DNA of 63,942 nucleotides, filler included, from an uncultured Ignavibacteriales bacterium (GTDB lineage: Bacteria > Zixibacteria > MSB-5A5 > GN15 > JAAZOE01), in NCBI GenBank assembly GCA_964611355.1. It is 3 parts of 3 records of this genome, joined end to end, with 100 filler letters (N's around TTAATTAATTAA, not from the genome) between each part and the next. Parts side by side here need not be neighbours in the genome. Positions count along the whole stretch, not along the records: positions 1 to 26,202 come from CAZSYD010000032.1; positions 26,303 to 51,875 come from CAZSYD010000033.1; 1 more part is not named here. One strand, written 5' to 3'. Each line of letters begins with the position of its first letter. Positions within the stretch are counted from its first letter, which is position 1. The notes beneath the pieces were generated by a model that was given only the letters and a program-made list of their open reading frames with translations, ran no database searches and had not been told where the DNA came from. The translations under genes and the position numbers were made by a program. Below, piece after piece: positions 19,321 through 28,030 of the stretch.

Positions 19321-20792
19321 ATCCTTTCGTATTTGGCTTTAAATCTTTTGGCGGCTTTATAAATAGCCTCGGCGACCTTTTTGCGGAATTTTTTGCTGCG
19401 AAGAAGTTTTTCCTCTTTTTCATTGGAGATAAAAGCCGCCTCTACCAGTATCGAGGGCATATACACCCGATTTAGCACGAAAAAGCCGGCGTGATCGATG
19501 CCGCGTGATTTGATTTTCAGTTTTTTTCGCATTTCCATATCTGTCATATAAGCCAGATCAGCCGATTCGGTGATAAACTCCGTTTGAATCATATCGTTGA
19601 GGATAAAAGCTATGTCATCGTGGTCGTTTCTGTGTACGGCCGGGTCTTCCAGAAGGAAGGGAGCGTTTTCAAACTGGGCCACGGCGCGGGCGGCGTCGCT
19701 TTTAGCTGGCGCCAGGTAAAACACCTGTAAACCGTGGGGCGAAGTTTTGGTCGATGAATTACAGTGAATCGAGATAAACAGGTCGGCGCGGGCGTCGTTG
19801 GCGATTTTTGCCCGTTCGTCGAGCGAAACATAGACGTCTTTGGTGCGGGTCATGATCACCTTGAACTGCTTCTCCTTGCGAATAAGTTTTGCCAGTTGTT
19901 TGGCTATCTCCAGGGTTATTTCTTTTTCGCGGGTTCGCTTGTGGCGACCGATTGCTCCATAATCTTTCCCCCCGTGACCCGCATCGATTACAATAACGTC
20001 GATTTTTTCATCGGGGCCGATCCGGCCGGGCCGCGCAAGCGTTGAATCGGGAACAAATGATTTATCTTCAATGGAAATCTGCAAACGTCCCGGATTAGGC
20101 TTGAAGGTGTAATGATACTTTTCGAAGCTGCGCCTCATCCGCAATGATATCTGGGCGGAATTTTCAAACTGGAAGGCGTTAATCTTGCGGACGAGGGTTC
20201 TGTTAATACCGGCCAGTATCTTACTACGGTTAATTCGGCCCCCGGGAAAATCGAAATTCAGCCAGTTTCCTTCGCTTTCATAGACCTCGAACTTCAGTGG
20301 CGAGCTCATGAAAATTTCGATTAAGATACCGTTCTCTTTCCTGTGAACGGTCAGGTCGGTGATGTTGAACCATTCCGCGTCTATCCGAAGCGTCTGACCG
20401 TCCTCGTCCCAGACGATATTTTCCGGGCGGGCCAGATTCAACAGGGGAGAAAACGTCCCGGCCGGAACGAACAGGGCGCCTTTAATAATCTTAACCGGCA
20501 GGATAAGATTATACGCGGTCCTGTTGAAGTTGACATATGGCGAACCTGCGGAAAAGATGAAGCGATGGGTATCCAGGGTGAACTCGATTGAATAACCCGG
20601 CTGTATCCATTCGATTTTACCTCCCAGGATATCGTCCAGCTCGCAAAGATTGTAATAATATGAATCGCCTTCGCGAAGGCATTCGATCTTTGCCGTTCCA
20701 CCGGAGGTCTTAACCTTGATTTCATCGGCCACACCGGCGCCGGATGACAGCAATAAAAGAAATAGACCGATATAACAGACGACCTTTTTCAT
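19317..20792 (-). CDS. N-acetylmuramoyl-L-alanine amidase (Amidase_3)
   Basis: Signal peptide from MKKVV (ATGA overlap with smpB); DAGHGG, E, SIHCN, LVE. Confidence 0.92.
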   Translation of the reverse strand: MKKVVCYIGLFLLLLSSGAGVADEIKVKTSGGTAKIECLREGDSYYYNLCELDDILGGKIEWIQPGYSIEFTLDTHRFIFSAGSPYVNFNRTAYNLILPVKIIKGALFVPAGTFSPLLNLARPENIVWDEDGQTLRIDAEWFNITDLTVHRKENGILIEIFMSSPLKFEVYESEGNWLNFDFPGGRINRSKILAGINRTLVRKINAFQFENSAQISLRMRRSFEKYHYTFKPNPGRLQISIEDKSFVPDSTLARPGRIGPDEKIDVIVIDAGHGGKDYGAIGRHKRTREKEITLEIAKQLAKLIRKEKQFKVIMTRTKDVYVSLDERAKIANDARADLFISIHCNSSTKTSPHGLQVFYLAPAKSDAARAVAQFENAPFLLEDPAVHRNDHDDIAFILNDMIQTEFITESADLAYMTDMEMRKKLKIKSRGIDHAGFFVLNRVYMPSILVEAAFISNEKEEKLLRSKKFRKKVAEAIYKAAKRFKAKYERI

Positions 20793-21265
20793 CGATGGGA
20801 ATTCCTCATCTTCCGTTCGATCTCCCTGTCGGCTTCGCGTTTGGCTATGGCTTGTCGCTTGTCGTATTTTTTCTTTCCCCGGGCGGTGGCGATTTCCACC
20901 TTGGCGTATGGGCCTTTGAAATAGATTTTCAGTGGGATAATAGTAAACCCCTTCTCGTTGGCGGCGCCCCACAATTTCCTGATTTCCCGCTTGTTAAGAA
21001 GAAGTCGCCTCTTTCTGGTCGGATCATGATTTTCGTGGCTTGCCATCTCGTACGGATTGATGTGCATGTTGATCAGAAAGACCTCGCCGCCTTCCACCAT
21101 GGCGTAAGCGTCCGCCATCTGGACTTTGCCAAGCCGCAAAGACTTGACCTCCGAGCCGACCAGCGACAACCCCGCTTCGTAGCGATTAATAATTTCATAA
21201 TCGCGGAAAGCCTTGCGGTTGGTGATAATGACCTTTATCTTTTTTTCCGGTTCCGCCATCGCCAT
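20789..21265 (-). CDS. smpB: SsrA-binding protein
   Basis: NRKA, EAG...GSEVKS, ARGKKKYDKR. Confidence 0.97.
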   Translation of the reverse strand: MAMAEPEKKIKVIITNRKAFRDYEIINRYEAGLSLVGSEVKSLRLGKVQMADAYAMVEGGEVFLINMHINPYEMASHENHDPTRKRRLLLNKREIRKLWGAANEKGFTIIPLKIYFKGPYAKVEIATARGKKKYDKRQAIAKREADREIERKMRNSHR

Positions 21266-21357
21266 GAAAATAGGAATGCCCTGACTCTATCGCAATATAA
21301 TTATTACCCCGAAGGCGGTGCATCGGCTCTATTTAATTTCATGCCTGCGAGGAAGAA

Positions 21358-22143
21358 ATGAAACTCGGTATCCTGCAATTCAGCCCGGCGTTGGGGCGAG
21401 TGGACGAAAATCTGAAAACGATACGTAGATATCTGATTCGGCGCAAATTCGATCTGGCCGTTTTGCCGGAACTGGCCACGACCGGCTACAATTTCGCCGA
21501 TCGGAAACAACTGAGTACGGTGGCTGAAAATAAAAGCGGTAGTTCATTTCGGCTTTTTGAGGAACTGGCCGTCAAAACCGGCGGCGCTATCGTCTGGGGC
21601 GTGGCCGAAAAGGCCGCCGGGAATATTTATAACTCCGCTGTTTTGACCACTCCCGAAGGCGATCACCATATCTATCGCAAAACGCATTTGTTTTACCGGG
21701 AGAAGCTTATTTTTGATCCCGGACGTACAGGCTTTAAGGTTATTCGCTGGAGGGGGGCCAGAATCGGTCTGATGATCTGTTTTGACTGGATATTCCCCGA
21801 AGCCGCCCGAACGCTGGCCCTGAAAGGATGTCAGATTATCTGTCATCCGTCGAATCTGGTGATGCCGTATTGCCAGGACGCCATGATTACCCGATCGGTT
21901 GAAAACCGGCTGTTTTGCGCCACTGCAAACCGGACAGGACGGGAGATAAACGCAGGCCATAGTTTTATCTTTACAGGGCTGTCACAGATAACCAGCCCCA
22001 CCGGGGAACGACTTCTTCGTTTTACCCGTACCGAACAAGCCTTCAAAACAGTAAAGATAAACCCCGAAATATCCGATACCAAAAAGGTGAACCGGTTTAA
22101 CGACCTTTTTGCCGATCGTCGGGCCGGTTATTATACGCTTTAG
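21358..22143 (+). CDS. Nitrilase-family carbon-nitrogen hydrolase
   Basis: LPEL, YRKTHLF, ICFD catalytic triad. Confidence 0.92.
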   Translation: MKLGILQFSPALGRVDENLKTIRRYLIRRKFDLAVLPELATTGYNFADRKQLSTVAENKSGSSFRLFEELAVKTGGAIVWGVAEKAAGNIYNSAVLTTPEGDHHIYRKTHLFYREKLIFDPGRTGFKVIRWRGARIGLMICFDWIFPEAARTLALKGCQIICHPSNLVMPYCQDAMITRSVENRLFCATANRTGREINAGHSFIFTGLSQITSPTGERLLRFTRTEQAFKTVKINPEISDTKKVNRFNDLFADRRAGYYTL

Positions 22144-22157
22144 CTTGGGGGAGTTGC

Positions 22158-22559
22158 ATGGAACCCAAATCAGCTGTCAGGGCGGCCACGATTCTGGTTG
22201 TCGACGACGAACCTGAAATAACCGAAATCATAGAAGCGTTCCTTGAAAACGCCGGTTATAACGTCAGGGTGGAAAACCAGCCCCATAACGCAATTCAGTT
22301 GGCTCGCGAACTCAAACCCGACCTGATCCTTCTCGATATCATGATGCCCGGCACGGACGGATACCATATTTGCAACCAGATTAAAGAAGATCCCGATATG
22401 TCGGAAACGCCGGTTATCTTTCTCACCGGCAAGGATACCAAGGACGACCAGGGGAAATCATTCCAGGTCGGGGGAGATATGTTCATAAAGAAGCCTTTCA
22501 GTTGTGAACGGCTTCTGGAAATCGTCAATATCGTTCTTCTGTCAGTAAGAAAAGGGTAA
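22158..22559 (+). CDS. Single-domain response regulator
   Basis: VVDDE, LLDIMMP, T, KP. Confidence 0.95.
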   Translation: MEPKSAVRAATILVVDDEPEITEIIEAFLENAGYNVRVENQPHNAIQLARELKPDLILLDIMMPGTDGYHICNQIKEDPDMSETPVIFLTGKDTKDDQGKSFQVGGDMFIKKPFSCERLLEIVNIVLLSVRKG

Positions 22560-22600
22560 AATATTTTATAAGAATTCCGGCCTCGAACCGGCGATTTTTA

Positions 22601-22628
22601 TTGACATTATTGTGCGGTGCACTATATT
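22601..22628 (+). promoter_or_regulatory. Sigma70-type promoter with a PhaR-like TGC box in the spacer
   Basis: TTGACA-N16-TATATT; TGCGGTGCA at 22613-22621; ATG 5 nt after the -10 box. Confidence 0.6.
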
Positions 22629-22633
22629 AAGGC

Positions 22634-23206
22634 ATGATAGTCATTAAACGATACCGCAACCGGCGCCTTTATCATACCAGCCTCAAGTCGTTTATCGTCC
22701 TCTCCGATCTGGAAGAAATGATTCGGCGCGATGAACGATTCAAAGTCATGGATACCGCCACCGGGAAAGATATCACCCTGTCCGTATTGACGGCGATAAT
22801 CAGCGAGCAGGTGGGTGGCTGGCGGGACGCGGCCGGATCCAAAGAACTATTACGGGCGTTTATAAAAGCCGGAGGTAATAAATCGATGAGTATTCTGAAA
22901 AACACAGTTCTGGCGGGGATCGGATTTGCCTCGCTGACCAGGAAAAAAGCCGAGGAATTGACAGATTATCTTATCAAGTCGGGAGAGCTGACCAAATCCG
23001 AAAAGAAAAAAGCCATTATGGAGCTTATGGCCAAAGTTGAAGCCGGTACCAAGGACGCCAAAACCAAAGTTGCCAGAATTACGACTGATGTTGAAAAGGC
23101 GTTGAAGAAAATCAGCATGGCCAAAAGGACTGACGTCGAGGCCCTGTCGAAAAAGATCGACAAGCTGACCCGAACTGTTGGCAAGCTGGAAAAGAAACTG
23201 GAGTAG
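22634..23206 (+). CDS. PhaR-type DNA-binding domain fused to a phasin-like domain
   Basis: IKRYxNRRLY...TGKDIT PhaR N-terminus; LAGIG...KAEE...SGEL...KIDKL phasin-like C-half. Confidence 0.8.
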   Translation: MIVIKRYRNRRLYHTSLKSFIVLSDLEEMIRRDERFKVMDTATGKDITLSVLTAIISEQVGGWRDAAGSKELLRAFIKAGGNKSMSILKNTVLAGIGFASLTRKKAEELTDYLIKSGELTKSEKKKAIMELMAKVEAGTKDAKTKVARITTDVEKALKKISMAKRTDVEALSKKIDKLTRTVGKLEKKLE

Positions 23207-23250
23207 TAGCGTTAAACCGGCGGCAGTCTCTTTATTGCCCGGGCCCCGGT

Positions 23251-23445
23251 CTATCCGTAGATATCCAGCAGCGACCTGGCCATCTTGTCGCTGACCCGGA
23301 TGACGGTTATATTGGCTTGAGCCTGTCTGACCGCCCTCTGCATATCCAGATATCCTTCCGGGATTTTGTCCCGATTAACCTTATCAGCCCCCTTGTTCAA
23401 AAGGGCCAGGGCGTTATGAATTGCATTGACCGAATTAATATACAT
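23251..23445 (-). CDS. Small protein resembling the flagellar rod/hook C-terminal helix
   Basis: QAQANITVIRVSDKMARSLLDI; AAGGA RBS. Confidence 0.6.
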   Translation of the reverse strand: MYINSVNAIHNALALLNKGADKVNRDKIPEGYLDMQRAVRQAQANITVIRVSDKMARSLLDIYG

Positions 23446-23547
23446 AACTAAATCCTTCGCCTTATACGTCGGTATAATCTTTAAGTAATCTTAGACCAAT
23501 TTTTGAACTTGCCGGTTTTGTATCCGGCGCTTAAATTACAACGACTT

Positions 23548-24639
23548 ATGGATCAAAAAACAAATCTCTGCGGCATGACCTGTTCAGAATTGGAACAGCT
23601 GATGGTTGATCTGGGAGAAAAGCCTTTCCACGGACGACAGATTTACAAGTGGATTTACAATAATAGGGTCTTCGATTTCAACGAAATGAGCGACCTGCGC
23701 AGAAAATTAAGATCGCTTTTGATTGATAAATGCTGTATTTGCCTGCCTGAAGTTGTCGCCCGGCAAAAATCCGGCGACGGAACCGAGAAATTTCTATTTG
23801 AGGGATTGAGTCATATTTCTCACGGTGAAGGAGATTCCGCCAATACGGATACTCAGAAGAAAAACCTTTTTGAGTCGGTCCTGATTGAGGATGAAAACTC
23901 AGGCCGTATGACGCTTTGCGTGTCATCCCAATCCGGATGTTCCCTGAAATGCAGGTTTTGCGCCACCGGTTATCTTGGCTATGTGCGCGATCTTACGGTG
24001 GGGGAGATTGTTGGTCAACCGCTGGTCATTCGCCGCCTGTACGGCGATAATGCCTTTGACAACCTCGTCTTTATGGGGATGGGCGAACCTCTTCTTAATT
24101 ATGAAAACGTGATGGCCTCGATTGAGATAATGACCGATTCCGCGGGTCTTATGCTGGGAGCCAAAAAAATCACCGTTTCGACGGCCGGTGTCGCGCCGGG
24201 TATCCGTAAACTGGCGGCGTCAGGCTCAAAGGTTAAACTGGCCCTTTCGCTGAATGCCGCCAACGACAGACTGCGCCGGCAGCTTATGCCGATTGCCAGG
24301 TCCTATCCCCTTGATGAGGTTATGGCCGCCGTCAAGGAATGGACCGCAGTTAGAAAACGACGGGTTTCTTTTGAATATATTTTGTTTAAAGGAATAAACG
24401 ACGGCGATGACGATGCCATGGAACTGGCCCGGCTGGTTCAGGGAATTCCCTGCAAGATAAATCTTTTGGCATACAATCCGATAAACGGCGTCGAGTACGA
24501 GCGGCCCGACGACGAAGATGTTGACCGTTTTGCGAAACTATTATATCCCCGGACGCCGGCGGTCACCGTTCGTAAAAGCCGGGGAAGAGATATTGCCGCT
24601 GCCTGCGGGCAGTTGGCCGGGAAGAAAGGTTATCGATGA
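23548..24639 (+). CDS. rlmN: 23S rRNA A2503 C2-methyltransferase
   Basis: CxxxCxxC, MGMGEPL, DIAAACGQL. Confidence 0.95.
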   Translation: MDQKTNLCGMTCSELEQLMVDLGEKPFHGRQIYKWIYNNRVFDFNEMSDLRRKLRSLLIDKCCICLPEVVARQKSGDGTEKFLFEGLSHISHGEGDSANTDTQKKNLFESVLIEDENSGRMTLCVSSQSGCSLKCRFCATGYLGYVRDLTVGEIVGQPLVIRRLYGDNAFDNLVFMGMGEPLLNYENVMASIEIMTDSAGLMLGAKKITVSTAGVAPGIRKLAASGSKVKLALSLNAANDRLRRQLMPIARSYPLDEVMAAVKEWTAVRKRRVSFEYILFKGINDGDDDAMELARLVQGIPCKINLLAYNPINGVEYERPDDEDVDRFAKLLYPRTPAVTVRKSRGRDIAAACGQLAGKKGYR

Positions 24640-25985
24640 AACGTCAAATTAACAGTATCCTGGTCATTTCTTTTTTGATTGTAATCCTTTTCGATACCGC
24701 CCCGGCGGATAATCTTTCGGTCGGCGATATGGAGTTTGACAGGGTAAAATGGGGCATGATGGATTTGACCGTGCCGATTGACAATCCCCGGAATGATACC
24801 GCCCGAGTCAGCGTGAACATCCTGACGCTTTTTCATGAACATTATCTGTCCGGCCTGGAAAGGTTTCCGACCGACACATCGATTGCCGTCGCGCCTTTGT
24901 CCGAGGAAACGTATAAAGTACCGTTTGAAATGCCCGCTTCGTATGGCACGGCGGTCGTGCGCGTTAAAATCTATTGGCGTTTCGATAGCCCGGAACCCGA
25001 CGACTCGGAGGTCGATTCGGTCGGTCAGACGTTTCGAGCTTTTCTTAAGATTCCGGAACCAGCCGCCAAATATATCAATCAAAAGCATTCCATCGGGCCG
25101 GTTTACTCGATGCTGGATCACGAACTGATTATGCTCGAATTCCCGCGCCTTCTTCTTTACCTGCGATCTCGCGGTGTGTCGTTGAACAAGATAGCTTCCA
25201 CTTTTGAAGTAGAGACCGATTACGCCGAGACTATCTATCAACGCCTGAAAAACGACGGCTTTTTCCCGCTGGCCAAGGACAGCCTGGCCCCCGGGATTCT
25301 GGCCGTCACGGAACAGGAAGGGTACATCGTAAGAGCCAGATTAAACGCCGCCGTCCGAATGTTCGCTTCGTGGTATGACAGACAGGGGCATGATGAACTG
25401 GATCAAATCATGAACCGGGCCGGGGTGGATGAGTTTGCCCGTCGGCTGCCCGCCCTGCAAATGAGCATCCTCCTGAATCTGCTTGGTCACAGGTGGGTGG
25501 CTTCGGAAAGCGGCTTTGATATGGCCCGTTTCCAAAATATCGAAAAAGACCTGAAAAATCTGAATCGGCCGCGCTGGATTGTTGAGGGAGGTGAGTTTTT
25601 TCTGCCAAAGTTATGCCTGGCCGCGTTCGAAGAAGATGGAACGCTCCATTTGGCAACCTTCAGTCCCGATCCTGACCTTCCGTACGACAAGGCGCCTGTT
25701 TTTAATATGCGCAAGACGGTGGAAGAATCGGCAGGTTCAACTCCCATAATCGACGCTTCACAGATTCAGGAAATTATTAAATCGGCTGAAGAAATAAATC
25801 TATTAAATGATATCGCCGACGATCTGAGATCGTTTATCTTGACAGTGCGGCCTGAAATCAAAAAATTCAAAAGGTATCAGGCGCCATATCTGGCGGATTA
25901 CGCATATCGGTTTGTGCTGGGCGAATATTTTAGTCAGCATAAACCGGATCAGGACTGGATTGATTGTGTTCGGATCAGGTATTAG
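24636..25985 (+). CDS. Hypothetical exported protein
   Basis: 449-aa ORF with signal peptide; ATGA overlap with rlmN. Confidence 0.7.
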   Translation: MKRQINSILVISFLIVILFDTAPADNLSVGDMEFDRVKWGMMDLTVPIDNPRNDTARVSVNILTLFHEHYLSGLERFPTDTSIAVAPLSEETYKVPFEMPASYGTAVVRVKIYWRFDSPEPDDSEVDSVGQTFRAFLKIPEPAAKYINQKHSIGPVYSMLDHELIMLEFPRLLLYLRSRGVSLNKIASTFEVETDYAETIYQRLKNDGFFPLAKDSLAPGILAVTEQEGYIVRARLNAAVRMFASWYDRQGHDELDQIMNRAGVDEFARRLPALQMSILLNLLGHRWVASESGFDMARFQNIEKDLKNLNRPRWIVEGGEFFLPKLCLAAFEEDGTLHLATFSPDPDLPYDKAPVFNMRKTVEESAGSTPIIDASQIQEIIKSAEEINLLNDIADDLRSFILTVRPEIKKFKRYQAPYLADYAYRFVLGEYFSQHKPDQDWIDCVRIRY

Positions 25986-25987
25986 CT

Positions 25988-26202
25988 GTGAAAACTGCGT
26001 ATAGGCTTGTCATAATTCTTCTTGCGGTTTCTGCGCTTTTTGGCTGTGAACGCAAAAAGAAACTGTCCCGCGAGGAGATACCGGCCATCAAAGAAACCAT
26101 CGTCGCTTTTGAACAGGTTATCAAAGCGCGCAATACGGTTTATTTTGATTCCATCATATCAGGTGATGCGGCCAAAGTCGGCACGACGCCCGAATCGGTT
26201 TT
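25988..26202 (+). CDS. Lipoprotein, truncated by contig end
   Basis: Lipobox LFGC; runs into the N gap. Confidence 0.6.
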
Positions 26203-26302
26203 NNNNNNNNNNNNNNNNNNNNNNNNNNNNNNNNNNNNNNNNNNNNTTAATTAATTAANNNNNNNNNNNNNNNNNNNNNNNNNNNNNNNNNNNNNNNNNN
26301 NN
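26203..26302. other. Artificial contig linker
   Basis: N44-TTAATTAATTAA-N44 stop-codon linker. Confidence 0.95.
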
Positions 26303-26485
26303 TGGCTGTTCAAAAAACAGTTTCCAGATCATTATCAGGCCTGCCGCCTTTCGTAATCACCACAAAATATGTAGCGCATACTTTTAAATATGACGAAACA
26401 AACCCATTTCCGCCTATCTGATTGCAGGATAGCACAATACACGGATTTTTCAACGAAACCGGCGGTGGGCAATCCAACCTGTGGT

Positions 26486-28030
26486 TTATTCCCACTCGAT
26501 CGTCGCCGGGGGTTTGGAGGAAATGTCATAAGTTACCCGGTTGACGCCTTTGACCTCGTTGATGATTCGATTCGATATTCGGGCCAAAACGTCTTCCGGT
26601 ATCTTCGCCCAGTCGGCGGTCATGCCGTCGGTCGAAGTCACCGCCCGAAGAGTAATAACGTTTTCATACGTCCGGTGATCGCCCATAACGCCGACCGACT
26701 GAACCGGCAAAAGTACCGCAAAGGCCTGCCAGATTTTATCGTACTGTCCGCTTTCTTTAAGCTCGGAAATATAAATTGCGTCCGCCTCGCGAAGAACATC
26801 CAGCCTGCTTTCGGTGATCTCGCCGATAATCCTGACCGCGAGCCCCGGCCCGGGAAACGGATGCCGCCCGATAAAGTTTTCGCCAAGTTCAAGCCTGCGT
26901 CCCAGCGCGCGGACTTCATCCTTGAACAGTTCCCGCAGAGGCTCGATAATCTTAAGATTCATCTTTTCCGGCAAACCGCCGACGTTGTGATGCGATTTAA
27001 TCGTCGCCGAAGGACCCTTGAAACTGACCGACTCGATCACGTCCGGATAAAGCGTCCCCTGCACCAAAAACCGAACGTCGCCGACCGATTCGGCTGTTTC
27101 CTCGAATACCTCGATAAAGGTCTCGCCGATAATCTTGCGCTTTTTCTCCGGGTCGATCACGCCGGTCAGACGGTCGAGAAATCTTTTTGAAGCATCAACC
27201 GGTTTTAGATTTATGCCGAGGGTTTTGTATGATTCGATAACGTTTTCGTATTCGTTCTTGCGCAGAAGACCGTTGTTGACAAAAATCGCGGTCATGTTAT
27301 CGCCCACGGCCCGGTGAAGCAGCACCGCCGTCACGGTCGAATCCACCCCGCCGGAGATGCCGAGGATAACCTTATCGCTTCCGATTGTCCGGCGAAGCGA
27401 GGCTATCGATGATTCGATAAACGATTCGGTCGTCCAGTCGCCCGACAGCGCACAGACATCAAAGAGGAAGTTGCGCAGGATCTTTGTTCCTTCGCGAGTA
27501 TGAATAACCTCCGGGTGAAACTGGACGCCAAAGTAGTTTTTTTCGAGGTTTGCAACGGCGGCATACGGAATGTCGGCGGTTGAAGCCAGCTTTATAAATC
27601 CTTGCGGCAGCGTATCCAGGGCGTCGCCGTGGCTCATCCAAACCTGGCCGGGAGAAGAAACGTCTTTCAAAAGCTTGTCTTCATTGATCACATCAATCAT
27701 CGCCCGGCCGTACTCGCGTTTTCCCGACCGCCCAAGGCTTCCGCCCAGCTTTTTAACCATCAACTGCATGCCGTAACAGATACCAAGCATCGGCAGCGGC
27801 GACCGGAAAAATGAAGCCGGCAGCATGGGTGAGCCGGCATCCAGCACCGAAGCCGGCCCGCCGGAAAGAACATATCCCTTTATATTATGATCGAGATATG
27901 TTTTCAGATCGACGTTGAACGGGACTATTTCGCAGTAAACATTCTGTTCGCGTATCCGCCGCGCGATAAGCTGGGTATATTGCGAGCCAAAATCGAGGAT
28001 TAGAATTGTTTCATGCCTTTCAGGCATCAT
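26486..28030 (-). CDS. guaA: GMP synthase
   Basis: DFGSQY, GICYG, QFHPE, SGGVDS, KPPATIEWE. Confidence 0.98.
   Translation of the reverse strand: MMPERHETILILDFGSQYTQLIARRIREQNVYCEIVPFNVDLKTYLDHNIKGYVLSGGPASVLDAGSPMLPASFFRSPLPMLGICYGMQLMVKKLGGSLGRSGKREYGRAMIDVINEDKLLKDVSSPGQVWMSHGDALDTLPQGFIKLASTADIPYAAVANLEKNYFGVQFHPEVIHTREGTKILRNFLFDVCALSGDWTTESFIESSIASLRRTIGSDKVILGISGGVDSTVTAVLLHRAVGDNMTAIFVNNGLLRKNEYENVIESYKTLGINLKPVDASKRFLDRLTGVIDPEKKRKIIGETFIEVFEETAESVGDVRFLVQGTLYPDVIESVSFKGPSATIKSHHNVGGLPEKMNLKIIEPLRELFKDEVRALGRRLELGENFIGRHPFPGPGLAVRIIGEITESRLDVLREADAIYISELKESGQYDKIWQAFAVLLPVQSVGVMGDHRTYENVITLRAVTSTDGMTADWAKIPEDVLARISNRIINEVKGVNRVTYDISSKPPATIEWE

Noticed and set aside
20793..20972. 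N-terminal extension of the amidase ORF (likewise lpxB 33177-33419, aspS 38160-38234, fmdB 62954-63106)
   Set aside because: These overlap upstream genes or lack an RBS; better-supported starts lie downstream.
26203..26302. Identical TTAATTAATTAA inside N runs here and at 51876-51975
   Set aside because: Synthetic contig linker, not biology.
26303..26485. Island integrated at the guaA 3' end
   Set aside because: Under 200 nt before the contig end; no att repeat or integrase is visible.
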